Positions 25,763 to 33,988 of a stretch of 64,000 nt of DNA are shown one piece after another (the first letter of the stretch is position 1; every line of letters begins with the position of its first letter). Location: contig JAGOOK010000001.1 of NCBI GenBank assembly GCA_017992555.1, positions 36,134 through 100,133 on the forward strand. The letters are read 5' to 3'. Position numbers and translations under genes: made by a program. Source of the stretch: Caldisericia bacterium. Its GTDB lineage: Bacteria > Caldisericota > Caldisericia > JAAYUI01. Below the pieces are notes generated by a model. The model had not been told where the DNA came from. It saw only the letters and a program-made list of their open reading frames with translations, and made no database searches.

Positions 25763-25918
25763 CTCCTTTCCGCCAAGTCGGGGAAAATATACGGAAAGAA
25801 GAGACCTTCTTTCATCCGGACTTTACCGTCGGCCCCGGAATTTCACCGGATCTGCAAGGCTTTGCCTTGCTTGCGGGCTTTACCGCCGATAGGGAATTTC
25901 ACCCATCCCCGAAGGCAT
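25763..25918 (-). promoter_or_regulatory. FMN riboswitch (RFN element) with Shine-Dalgarno-sequestering expression platform
   Basis: Minus-strand RNA reads CCUUCGGGGAUGGGUGAAAUUCCCUAUCGGCGGUAAAGCCCGCAAG...GAUCCGGUGAAAUUCCGGGGCCGACGGUAAAGUCCGGAUGAAAGAAGG. This matches the RFN consensus blocks and the P1 stem (CCUUC/GAAGG). Confidence 0.9.
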
Positions 25919-25926
25919 TCTGGATT

Positions 25927-26625
25927 CTATAAAAGAATTTGATTATCTTCAAGGTCATAAAGCGACCTCAACAGCTCCTGGGTTATATTTTTTGGCTCAC
26001 CCTGCCAGAAAATCCTGCCATCTTTTAAGAAGACTGTCCAGTCACAAAAAGCCCTTGCCAATGATGTGTCATGCACAACGGCAACAGCGCAGTTTTGCGG
26101 CCCAAGCCTTTTCTTTATCTCTGCAAAGGTCTTGACCTTGTACTTCAGGTCGAGGTGGGCTGTAGGTTCGTCCAGAAGGTAAACCTTGGGGTCCCTGATG
26201 ACAGTTTGGGCAAGCGATGCCCTTTGCAGTGTACCATCAGAAAGATCTGAAATAGGGGTATTTCTGAACGCCACAAGGTCAAAGTCTTGCAAAACATTAT
26301 CCAGCTTGTTTTCGTCGGCAACAGTCAATCCGAGCGACACGTAGGTGGAGAGCGGAAGTTTGATCGTTCCTGATTTTACTGGCCTTTGGACTGCGACGGT
26401 TTTTGACAGTTCGTCGAGTGTATAGCTTTTTGTGTTTTTGCCAAGCACCGATATGCTGCCTGCGAAAGTTTTTGCGATGCCAAAGAATGCCTTTATTATG
26501 GTTGATTTGCCTGAGCCATTGGGCCCCATGAGGCCGACAAGTTTTGAACTTTCGACATCAAACGAAACATTATCAATGACAACTTTGTTTCCGTATCCGG
26601 CCCTCAGGTTTTTGATTATTACCAT
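25927..26625 (-). CDS. btuD: ABC transporter ATP-binding protein (iron-siderophore/cobalamin type)
   Basis: Walker A (GPNGSGKST), signature (LSDGTLQR), Walker B (LLDEP). Start moved to the ATG at 26625 (MVIIKNL). The operon is led by a B12 riboswitch. Confidence 0.85.
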   Translation of the reverse strand: MVIIKNLRAGYGNKVVIDNVSFDVESSKLVGLMGPNGSGKSTIIKAFFGIAKTFAGSISVLGKNTKSYTLDELSKTVAVQRPVKSGTIKLPLSTYVSLGLTVADENKLDNVLQDFDLVAFRNTPISDLSDGTLQRASLAQTVIRDPKVYLLDEPTAHLDLKYKVKTFAEIKKRLGPQNCAVAVVHDTSLARAFCDWTVFLKDGRIFWQGEPKNITQELLRSLYDLEDNQILL

Positions 26626-27620
26626 GACGGCTTCCTTGATACCAGATAGAAGAAGAACAGACCGCCAACAATGTTCATGATGACCGAAGCCGGGACCTCC
26701 TGGAACGGCATTATCGATCTCCCCACCGCATCGGCAAGACCCAGTGTTATTCCACCCAGCAAAATACTGCATGGAACAACATATCTGGACTCCCCACCAA
26801 CGATCCTTCTGGAGATGTGTGGTGTTATGAGGCCAACAAAACCCATCAGGCCAGCAGTTGTGACCGCCATACCTGTCAGGAGCGAGACAATCACAAACAT
26901 CAATGATCTGAGCTTGACGGGGTTTACGCCAAGGTAAGTGGCCTGTTCGTCGCCAAGCAGGTAAGCATCCATCTTTCTTGGAAGCCCTGTGAGCATGGCA
27001 ATCGATATGGTGACTGCGATGGCGAGGAAAATGACCCCGGTATAGGATGAGCTAGAAAGACCGTTGTAGCTCCAGAAAAATGTTTTCTGGAGGATGTCCC
27101 TGCCCAGCACCACAATGATGTAATTTAGCCCTGCAAACACAAACGAGAGCGCAACGCCGGCGAGCACGAGACTGGTGCCTGTGCTGCCGGTCCTTCCGGA
27201 AAGCAGCCATATTATCAGGCAGGCGAGAACCGCACCAGCAAACGCGAAAATAGAGACTGCGGAAAATCCCAGGATGGACAGGCTGGCGCCTGAGAGCAGC
27301 GCTATATTGACCCCAAATATTGCGCCTGAACCGATGCCTGCGATGTACGGATCTGCAAGATCATTCCTGAAGAGTGTTTGTGAGAGTGCTCCGGCAAGCC
27401 CCAGAGCCATGCCGGAGAGAACAGACACAAGCATTCTTGGCAATCTCATGAGAAGGATTATCCTCGTGTGGGTTTCTGGGGAATCACCAAAACCAAGAAT
27501 GCTTGCTATCGCTTTTATTGCATCAATCGGGCCGATGCCTGAAGAGCCAAAGAGGAGCCCGACAAACATCACAATAAACAGAGCAAAAACAAGCAGTACG
27601 ATTATTCTGGTTTGTTTCAC
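26619..27620 (-). CDS. btuC: FecCD-family ABC transporter permease (cobalamin/iron-siderophore type)
   Basis: 333-aa polytopic membrane protein of the FecCD/BtuC family by overall similarity; sits between the binding-protein gene and the ATPase gene of this operon. Confidence 0.88.
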   Translation of the reverse strand: MKQTRIIVLLVFALFIVMFVGLLFGSSGIGPIDAIKAIASILGFGDSPETHTRIILLMRLPRMLVSVLSGMALGLAGALSQTLFRNDLADPYIAGIGSGAIFGVNIALLSGASLSILGFSAVSIFAFAGAVLACLIIWLLSGRTGSTGTSLVLAGVALSFVFAGLNYIIVVLGRDILQKTFFWSYNGLSSSSYTGVIFLAIAVTISIAMLTGLPRKMDAYLLGDEQATYLGVNPVKLRSLMFVIVSLLTGMAVTTAGLMGFVGLITPHISRRIVGGESRYVVPCSILLGGITLGLADAVGRSIMPFQEVPASVIMNIVGGLFFFYLVSRKPSW

Positions 27621-28438
27621 TTGCCAACAATCTGCGAGATTATCTTCAGTGCGTCCAGCACCCTTGGGCTTGGCCTCATCAAAAGATCATCATTCATTAT
27701 GTATATGGAACCATTTTTGGCGGCCCTGGTTTTGGCAATACCTTGCCTCTTCTCGATTTCGACGACTGTCTTTTTGTATGATTCCGGAACGATAATTACT
27801 TCTGGATCAAGGCCGGCGATTGCTTCTTCTGAGAATGTCGGGAAATCGCCCTCAAGCCTGTCGCCAACATTCTCGGCTCCAACCCACCTTATCATGTCGG
27901 CACCAAGCGAGCTCTTGCCAAATGTTGTTGGCGGATTGTCCCATATTTCGAGATAAACCAATTTTTTGCTGCTTTTGATGGTCTCTTTGCGGAGCGAGTC
28001 AATCTCTGGCCTGAGCTCCTGGGACTTGGCCGGCAGACCACAGATGTCTGCAACTTTGTCTATTGTGCCCAGAACATCATTTATGGTTTGCGGATCAAAG
28101 GTCTCGACCCTTATCCCGGAAGATTTTATCTTGTTTATGACATCAAGCGGAATGAGCCTGTTCACAAGAACGACGTCTGGTGAAAGCTCAACTATGCGCT
28201 CTGTTTTCAGCGTGTATGGGTCCCCAAGGCTTTCCACTTTAGCGACTTCCGGAGGATAGTTGCACCATGAGGTCCTCCCAATGAGCCTGTCGCCTGCACC
28301 AACAAAATATACTATCTCCGTGATGTTTGGTGAAAGGGAGACAATCTTCTCCGGGGCATTGGCAGAAGGCTGGGCTGGCTGGACTCCGCAAGAGCAGAGC
28401 ATGAACGCCAGCAATAAAACAGACAATATCTTTTTCAT
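27617..28438 (-). CDS. btuF: periplasmic-binding-protein family lipoprotein (BtuF-like cobalamin binding protein)
   Basis: Start set at the ATG at 28438 (MKKILSVLLLAFMLCSCG, lipobox) with GGAGG upstream. PBP type 2 fold pattern (IVSLSPNITEI). The upstream part of the tracked ORF is riboswitch RNA. Confidence 0.85.
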   Translation of the reverse strand: MKKILSVLLLAFMLCSCGVQPAQPSANAPEKIVSLSPNITEIVYFVGAGDRLIGRTSWCNYPPEVAKVESLGDPYTLKTERIVELSPDVVLVNRLIPLDVINKIKSSGIRVETFDPQTINDVLGTIDKVADICGLPAKSQELRPEIDSLRKETIKSSKKLVYLEIWDNPPTTFGKSSLGADMIRWVGAENVGDRLEGDFPTFSEEAIAGLDPEVIIVPESYKKTVVEIEKRQGIAKTRAAKNGSIYIMNDDLLMRPSPRVLDALKIISQIVGK

Positions 28439-28444
28439 ATTTAC

Positions 28445-28592
28445 CTCCTCGGGTTTTCGCAAAGACGGTCTCCTGGCTTGCGACTTGGCGTCTTGCGGGG
28501 TTTCCTTCCCGGTTGCCCAGTGGATTCCCCAGACTTGCCGCTTACAGTGGCGGGACCGCGCCGGATTCTCACCGGCTTCCGCTGCCTTTGCA
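28445..28592 (-). promoter_or_regulatory. cobalamin (B12) riboswitch
   Basis: Minus-strand RNA reads GGAAGCCGGUGAGAAUCCGGCGCGGUCCCGCCACUGUAAGCGG...CCACUGGGCAACCGGGAAGG...GCCAGGAGACC. The B12 box GCCACUG and flanking conserved blocks are present. Confidence 0.88.
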
Positions 28593-28598
28593 TGGTCG

Positions 28599-28626
28599 AG
28601 TCTAGCCTTGCGTTGGTCCTTGTCAA
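28599..28626 (-). promoter_or_regulatory. putative promoter of the B12-riboswitch/btuFCD transcript (TTGACA-16nt-TAGACT)
   Basis: Minus-strand hexamers at 28626-28621 and 28604-28599. Confidence 0.4.
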
Positions 28627-28647
28627 GATTGAATGCCAACATACAAT
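28620..28647 (+). promoter_or_regulatory. putative radA promoter (TTGTCA-16nt-TACAAT), 7 nt upstream of the GTG at 28655
   Basis: Plus-strand hexamers at 28620-28625 and 28642-28647. The -35 overlaps the -35 of the divergent btuF promoter. Confidence 0.4.
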
Positions 28648-28654
28648 CCAGAAT

Positions 28655-29986
28655 GTGGCCAAAAAAGTGATAAGCTATGCCTGTTCGAACTGTGGATATT
28701 CAAGCACAAAACCGCTTGGAAAATGCCCTGAATGTGGCGCATGGGGAACATTTGAAGAGAAAGAGGTGTTCCCGCAGGATTCCCCCAAATGCAAAGACAT
28801 TGAGGTGGAGGGCATTTCTCTTGCCGAAGAAAACAGGGTTGAAACCGGCATAACAGAATTTGACAGGGTCATGGGTGGTGGTGTTGTCCAGGGGTCGGTT
28901 GTTCTCATTGGAGGAGAACCGGGTGTTGGCAAATCCACACTCATGCTCGCAGTGGCAAACAGCTACGCAAAAACTTTCTTTAGCACCCTCTACTGTTCTG
29001 GTGAAGAGTCCCCAAGGCAGATATCCATGAGGGCAAAGCGCATTGGAGCAGCAGATTCTGGCATATCACTGGTTTTTGAGACGGACCTTGATGCAATCCT
29101 GAACGAGGCCACAGAGAGCCTTCCAAAAGCGCTATTCATCGACTCGGTCCAGACGATAATGCTCGAGGATGCAGGCACCCCAGGCGGGCCAAACATGCTG
29201 AGGGAAGCGACCAGAAAGATAGTCGAGTTCTCAAAAAAGCACTCGGTGACAACTTTCCTCATTGGCCATGTCACAAAAGAAGGCAATATTGCAGGGCCAA
29301 AGACCCTTGAGCATCTTGTTGATGTGGTTTGCTACCTTGAGGGCGAAAGATATTCAACACTAAGGATATTGCATGGTGTAAAAAACCGCTTTGGTGCGAC
29401 AGATGAAGTTGGGTTGATGGAAATGACCGAGGGCGGTTTCAGGGCGGCAGACAGGCAGTCGCTTGTCAGGAATGAGAATGTTCCTGGGGTGGCAATAACT
29501 GCCGTTTCGAAGGGGAACAGGCCGATAGCGCTTGAAGTCCAGGCGCTTGTGGCGCCGACATACTATCCTTCCCCAAGGAGAGTGGTGACTGGTTGCAACA
29601 TGAACAGGGCGCTGATGCTTCTGGCTGTCCTTGAAAAAAGGGCTTCCATTCCGCTAGGGAAATTGGATTGCTATGTAAATCTTGTTGGCGGCCTGGATTC
29701 TGACGAGCCGTCACTTGATCTGCCAATATCTTTTGCGCTTGTGTCTTCGTTTATGGACAGGAAGATACCTGAGGGCGTGGCTTTTGTGGGCGAGGTGGGG
29801 CTTACTGGCGAGATACGCCCTGTCAGCCAGCTGGGAACAAAACTAAAAGAACTCAATGCTTTGGGGCTTAAAACTGTGTTGGTGCCAAACCAGGACAAGC
29901 CTGATATTGAAGGGCTGGAAGTTATCTCGGCAGGGACGTTGAGGGAGGCACTGAAGTTGGTATGGCCTGGTCAAGGTTTACCTTGA
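28655..29986 (+). CDS. radA: DNA repair protein RadA (Sms)
   Basis: N-terminal Zn ribbon (CSNCGY...CPECGAWG), RecA-like Walker A (GEPGVGKST), KNRFG motif and Lon-like C-terminal domain. Start set at the in-frame GTG at 28655 (M-AKKVISYAC), matching the usual RadA N-terminal length. Confidence 0.92.
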   Translation: MAKKVISYACSNCGYSSTKPLGKCPECGAWGTFEEKEVFPQDSPKCKDIEVEGISLAEENRVETGITEFDRVMGGGVVQGSVVLIGGEPGVGKSTLMLAVANSYAKTFFSTLYCSGEESPRQISMRAKRIGAADSGISLVFETDLDAILNEATESLPKALFIDSVQTIMLEDAGTPGGPNMLREATRKIVEFSKKHSVTTFLIGHVTKEGNIAGPKTLEHLVDVVCYLEGERYSTLRILHGVKNRFGATDEVGLMEMTEGGFRAADRQSLVRNENVPGVAITAVSKGNRPIALEVQALVAPTYYPSPRRVVTGCNMNRALMLLAVLEKRASIPLGKLDCYVNLVGGLDSDEPSLDLPISFALVSSFMDRKIPEGVAFVGEVGLTGEIRPVSQLGTKLKELNALGLKTVLVPNQDKPDIEGLEVISAGTLREALKLVWPGQGLP

Positions 29987-30704
29987 GCTGGAAGGTGTAG
30001 TACAGAAGAACATCTTTTGGCCAGACAGTGAATTCAAACGTGGCTACTCCAGTCAAAGTCTTCAAAGGAAGCCTTACCCAACCTGATCTTTCAGCACCCG
30101 ATGGTATGTCACTTGAGAAAATTGGATCCCAGTCCGAGGCCTGGAGCTTTTCCTGACCGACAATCATTTTTGTGAGCGAAGCCGGGAACCTGACCTTTGT
30201 CTCAAGCTTGTTGTAGATCTTGATATCGAGCCTGAGGTTGTTTTTTTCCTTGACGATTGCGACAAGTGTAAAATCAACGCCATTTTTGGAGAATTTTATT
30301 GGCGGGACAAGATTTTCAGTTGAACCGCCGCCCTCTTCAGCATTTTTGATGCAATCGGCAAGGGCCTGCTTGAGTTTGCGGTTTTCATCTTGGAGGGAGA
30401 GGTTTTCTGCCTTGAGGACCGAGATGTCCGGGATTGTAATTGTTATTTTCTTTTCCTTTGTGTCGTAGTCGACAGAGGAACCATCTTTTGGGAAAACGTT
30501 GTCGATAAGGAAACGGAGCGGAACAACGGTCCTCTCCTCAATTATTGTTGGTGCTGGCTGTAGAGTGACTGATTTGTCATCCACAGTCGCGGTTTTTTCA
30601 CCGATCTTCATTACAATTGTGCGCGATTGCTCCTGGGTTGTAGCAACCGTTATCGACAAGAGTAAGAAAACTAGCGCCAAACTGTAAATTGTATACTTCT
30701 TCAT
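29922..30704 (-). CDS. exported protein with copper-amine-oxidase-N-like (stalk) domain, coiled coil and Ig-like (DUF4352-like) C-terminal domain
   Basis: Signal peptide from MKKYTIYSLALVFLLLSI. The segment TVVPLRFLIDNVF is typical of the Cu-amine-oxidase N-terminal-like domain. Start chosen at 30704 because the ATG at 30725 lies upstream of the predicted TSS. Confidence 0.65.
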   Translation of the reverse strand: MKKYTIYSLALVFLLLSITVATTQEQSRTIVMKIGEKTATVDDKSVTLQPAPTIIEERTVVPLRFLIDNVFPKDGSSVDYDTKEKKITITIPDISVLKAENLSLQDENRKLKQALADCIKNAEEGGGSTENLVPPIKFSKNGVDFTLVAIVKEKNNLRLDIKIYNKLETKVRFPASLTKMIVGQEKLQASDWDPIFSSDIPSGAERSGWVRLPLKTLTGVATFEFTVWPKDVLLYYTFQLKVNLDQAIPTSVPPSTSLPR

Positions 30705-30714
30705 GGCGGAACGT

Positions 30715-30742
30715 ATTATAGCCATTATGTTTGCTGTGTCAA
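30715..30742 (-). promoter_or_regulatory. consensus promoter TTGACA-16nt-TATAAT, 10 nt upstream of the ATG at 30704
   Basis: Both hexamers are perfect on the minus strand (30742-30737 and 30720-30715). No Shine-Dalgarno. Confidence 0.55.
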
Positions 30743-30746
30743 TACT

Positions 30747-31502
30747 CTACCAGCCTATCCTCAGCCTGTCGGCGAGGAAAAGTGGAAGTCCGGCCTCCAT
30801 TACTTTTGCAATGGTTGCCTCAATATCGTAGTCCACGCGTTTTATTGTGACTTTTCTCATGTCTGTGTCATAAACAGCATAGCTTGCCTGGGGATTTCTG
30901 TCTCTTGGCTGGCCAACAGAGCCAACGTTTATTATATATTTGATGCCAGGCTCAAGCGATATTTCCAGGCCATAAGAGCCTCTCTGGTATTCAATATCAT
31001 CATGGCCTTTTATCGAAAAAACACCGGATATGTGGGAATGCCCGATAAAACATATATTCGAGCTCATTATCTCCGAGAGCCTGACGGCTTCCATTGGCGA
31101 AGCTATGTATTCGAAGGGTGCGGATGAATCCAGACTGCCATGGGCGACCTGGAAACCATCATGTGAGTTTGGCCCTGGTATTTTCAGCTTCATTGGCAAG
31201 TTGCTTATGAATTTCTGGTGTGAGGGAGTTACCTGTGTTCTCTGCCACCTGATTGCAGAGAGGCCGTATTGATTGAAGTACCTTTCCTCGGAAGGTTCTA
31301 TGAGCGCCTTGTCATGGTTGCCCATTATTGCCCTCACCCCGAGGTTTATTATCTTCGCAACACACTCATCGGGATTTGCATTGTACCCGACGATGTCCCC
31401 ACAACAGATTATCTCGTCAACGTTTTCTTTCTCCAGTGAGGCGAGCACAACGTTTAATGCTTCGATGTTTGCGTGTATATCAGAAATTATGCCGTATCTC
31501 AT
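30747..31502 (-). CDS. metallophosphoesterase family protein
   Basis: Calcineurin-like motifs: ISDIHAN, CCGDIVGY, GNHD, GHSH. Confidence 0.85.
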   Translation of the reverse strand: MRYGIISDIHANIEALNVVLASLEKENVDEIICCGDIVGYNANPDECVAKIINLGVRAIMGNHDKALIEPSEERYFNQYGLSAIRWQRTQVTPSHQKFISNLPMKLKIPGPNSHDGFQVAHGSLDSSAPFEYIASPMEAVRLSEIMSSNICFIGHSHISGVFSIKGHDDIEYQRGSYGLEISLEPGIKYIINVGSVGQPRDRNPQASYAVYDTDMRKVTIKRVDYDIEATIAKVMEAGLPLFLADRLRIGW

Positions 31503-31510
31503 TTCGTTTT

Positions 31511-31538
31511 ATTCTACCCGTAGAGGTCATTTAGTCAA
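31511..31538 (-). promoter_or_regulatory. putative promoter TTGACT-16nt-TAGAAT, 8 nt upstream of the ATG at 31502
   Basis: Minus-strand hexamers at 31538-31533 and 31516-31511. No Shine-Dalgarno. Confidence 0.5.
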
Positions 31539-31544
31539 CACAGG

Positions 31545-32456
31545 TTAAAAAACCAGTCCCTGCCTTATTAAACCTGATGCCAGGAAGTCCCGGGCATCGA
31601 GCAATTTCCCACCCTCTTTCTGGCATTTTGCAAACTCCAGCGCACCTTCCTTGCAGGCGATTATTAACGTTTTTTTCGAGACGAGGACTTCCCCTGGCCC
31701 TCCATTGCCTTCGATCACTTTGGGACCAAACAGTTTTATTCTTTTGCCATCAAGCATTGTGTAACAGCCTGGATCAGGTGACATTGACCTTATGTGGCAA
31801 GACAGTTCAAAAGCCGTCTTGTTCCAGTCGATGATCTCATCGTTTGGTTTAAGCCTTCTTGCATAGAAGGTTTTTTCCTGGGATTGTGGCTTTCCTTCAA
31901 AACCCTGCCCGAGCTTTTCAATCGCTTTTGACAACATTGAAACGGAAAGCCTGGCCAGCTTTTCTGAAAGAGAACCAAAATCGTCCGTGTCTTCTATTGC
32001 AATTGCCTCTGAAGCAATGATGTTTCCCCTGTCGAGCCTGCTTGAAATGAGCATCAGGCTTACACCAGTTTCCTTCTCACATTTCCTGATGGCCCACCTT
32101 ATCGGTTCTGCGCCCCTGTATTTTGGAAGCAGTGATGGATGAATGTTGAGTATCCCTTTTGGGAAAACATCGATGAGTGGAGGTGACAGTATTTCTGAGT
32201 AAGAAGCCAGGACAGCAATGTCGGCTGAAGTTTTCTTCAGAGTATCTATACTTTCATCAGAGTTGATGGATTCCGGGGAGTAGCAAGGGATGTTTTTGCT
32301 TGCGCAGAATTCTGATATGACCGAGGAGACCACTTTCTGGCCCCTGCCCTTTTTTGCGTCAGGCCTTGTGACCACAAAGCGGACATCATAATTTTCCGAG
32401 AGAAACTCGAGTATGGTTTTTGCAAAATTGCCCGAGCCAATGAAAACTGTTTTCAT
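31545..32456 (-). CDS. fmt: methionyl-tRNA formyltransferase
   Basis: Formyl-transferase N domain (NIHPSLLPKYRG) plus C-terminal domain. ATGA overlap with comM. Confidence 0.93.
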   Translation of the reverse strand: MKTVFIGSGNFAKTILEFLSENYDVRFVVTRPDAKKGRGQKVVSSVISEFCASKNIPCYSPESINSDESIDTLKKTSADIAVLASYSEILSPPLIDVFPKGILNIHPSLLPKYRGAEPIRWAIRKCEKETGVSLMLISSRLDRGNIIASEAIAIEDTDDFGSLSEKLARLSVSMLSKAIEKLGQGFEGKPQSQEKTFYARRLKPNDEIIDWNKTAFELSCHIRSMSPDPGCYTMLDGKRIKLFGPKVIEGNGGPGEVLVSKKTLIIACKEGALEFAKCQKEGGKLLDARDFLASGLIRQGLVF

Positions 32457-33973
32457 ACCATAAGATTTTCCCTGTACTGGACGGCTTCTGCAATATGGGG
32501 AGTTTTAATCTCCTTTGAACCGGCCAGATCAGCGATGGTCCTGGAAACCCTGAGTATCCTGTCGTACCCCCTTGCAGTCAGGTTCATCCTTTCACAAGCG
32601 AGCCTCAGGAAAGACTCCTCGTCTGCCCCAAGCCTGCAAAATTCTTTTATCTGTTTTGATGAGAGTTGCGCATTGCAGTATATTCCAAGATTTTTATAGC
32701 GCTCGGTTTGCATTTTTCTGCCATTTGTAACCCGCTGTCTTATTGTTGCGCTCTTTTCACCAGGCTGTGTGCCTGAAAGTTCATCTGGGAGAAGCCTTGA
32801 GAGCGAAAGGTATATGTCAAACCTGTCAAGGAGCGGGCCAGAGATCCTCGACTGATATTTTCTGATAGATGAAATGCCGCAGGTGCATGGTTTTGTTCTG
32901 TCGCCATAGTATCCGCACGGGCAAGGGTTCATTGCCGACACGAGCAGAAACCTTGAAGGATAGGTGACGGTTTGCCTTACTCTGGCGACAGTCACCTCGC
33001 CGTCCTCCATTGGTTGCCTGAGCACCTCAAGAACGTCCCTTTTAAATTCTGGTAATTCGTCCAGAAACAGGACGCCGCCATGTGAAAGGCTTATCTCGCC
33101 AGGCATCGGATTTGAGCCACCACCGATGATTGCAGCAGGTGATGCTGTGTGGTGCGGTGACCTGTAGGGCCTTTTTGTTATGAGGCCTTCTTTTGGCGGG
33201 AGGAGTCCTGCAATCGAGTATATCTGGCTGATTTCGACCGCCTCGTCAAAGGTGAGCGGCGGCAGGATTGATGGTAATCTTTTTGCCAGCATTGTTTTTC
33301 CGGAGCCAGGTGCTCCCATCATCAGCACGTTGTGGCTCCCGCATGCTGCGATTTCCAGCGCCCTCTTGGCCATTGCATTGCCTTTCACTTCAGACATGTC
33401 AACCGGATATTCGAGGAAGGAATCGGTGAAATCAACCTTCCTCATTTTTATTGACTGCAACGGTTTTTCTCCAGAAAGATGCAATGCTATGTCTTGCAGG
33501 TTGTCAGCCCCGACGACTTCAACATTGAAAATGGAGGCTTCGGCGATGTTGTCTTTTGGGACCATAAGTGTTTCTTCAGTTCCGGAGAGTGCTATGGCTA
33601 TCGGCAAGACCCCTGGAACGGAGCGCAGTGCGCCATCAAGCGACAGCTCTCCCAGGAATGTCTTGCCATCAAGGGACTCGACAGGTATCTGGTTTGACGC
33701 GGCAAGTATGCCAAGGGCTATTGGCAGGTCAAACCCTGAACCCTCTTTCTTAAGATCGGCTGGGGCGAGGTTGACCGTTATCCTTTTGATCGGGAAGGCA
33801 AAACCGGAGTTTTTTATTGCAGAGCGCACCCTCTCCCTTGCCTCGGAAACCGCGGCATCGGGTAGCCCAACTATATTGAAAGAAGGCAAAGCCTGCCCCG
33901 TAATGTCTACCTCAACGCGGAGCTTGAGCGGTCTGAGTCCCTCCAATGTTACGCTTTGCACAGACGAGAACAC
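32453..33973 (-). CDS. comM: Mg-chelatase-like AAA+ protein ComM/YifB
   Basis: Lon-like N domain, AAA+ Walker A (GAPGSGKTMLA), Walker B (LFLDELPEF), Zn-binding Cys cluster and C-terminal ChlI-like domain. Confidence 0.92.
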   Translation of the reverse strand: MFSSVQSVTLEGLRPLKLRVEVDITGQALPSFNIVGLPDAAVSEARERVRSAIKNSGFAFPIKRITVNLAPADLKKEGSGFDLPIALGILAASNQIPVESLDGKTFLGELSLDGALRSVPGVLPIAIALSGTEETLMVPKDNIAEASIFNVEVVGADNLQDIALHLSGEKPLQSIKMRKVDFTDSFLEYPVDMSEVKGNAMAKRALEIAACGSHNVLMMGAPGSGKTMLAKRLPSILPPLTFDEAVEISQIYSIAGLLPPKEGLITKRPYRSPHHTASPAAIIGGGSNPMPGEISLSHGGVLFLDELPEFKRDVLEVLRQPMEDGEVTVARVRQTVTYPSRFLLVSAMNPCPCGYYGDRTKPCTCGISSIRKYQSRISGPLLDRFDIYLSLSRLLPDELSGTQPGEKSATIRQRVTNGRKMQTERYKNLGIYCNAQLSSKQIKEFCRLGADEESFLRLACERMNLTARGYDRILRVSRTIADLAGSKEIKTPHIAEAVQYRENLMV

Positions 33974-33988
33974 AAAAATGATTTTATG

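Noticed and set aside
25784-25813. Hairpin after the FMN aptamer read as an intrinsic terminator
   Set aside because: The U-tract is interrupted (UAUAUUUU). The 3' arm of the hairpin is also perfectly complementary to the ribU Shine-Dalgarno. An anti-sequestor/sequestor translational switch explains the sequence better.
28478-28654. N-terminal 59-codon extension of the tracked radA ORF, and the 68-codon extension of the btuF ORF (28439-28642)
   Set aside because: Both extensions run through the cobalamin riboswitch and promoter region. The homology-expected N-termini begin at the GTG at 28655 and the ATG at 28438 respectively.
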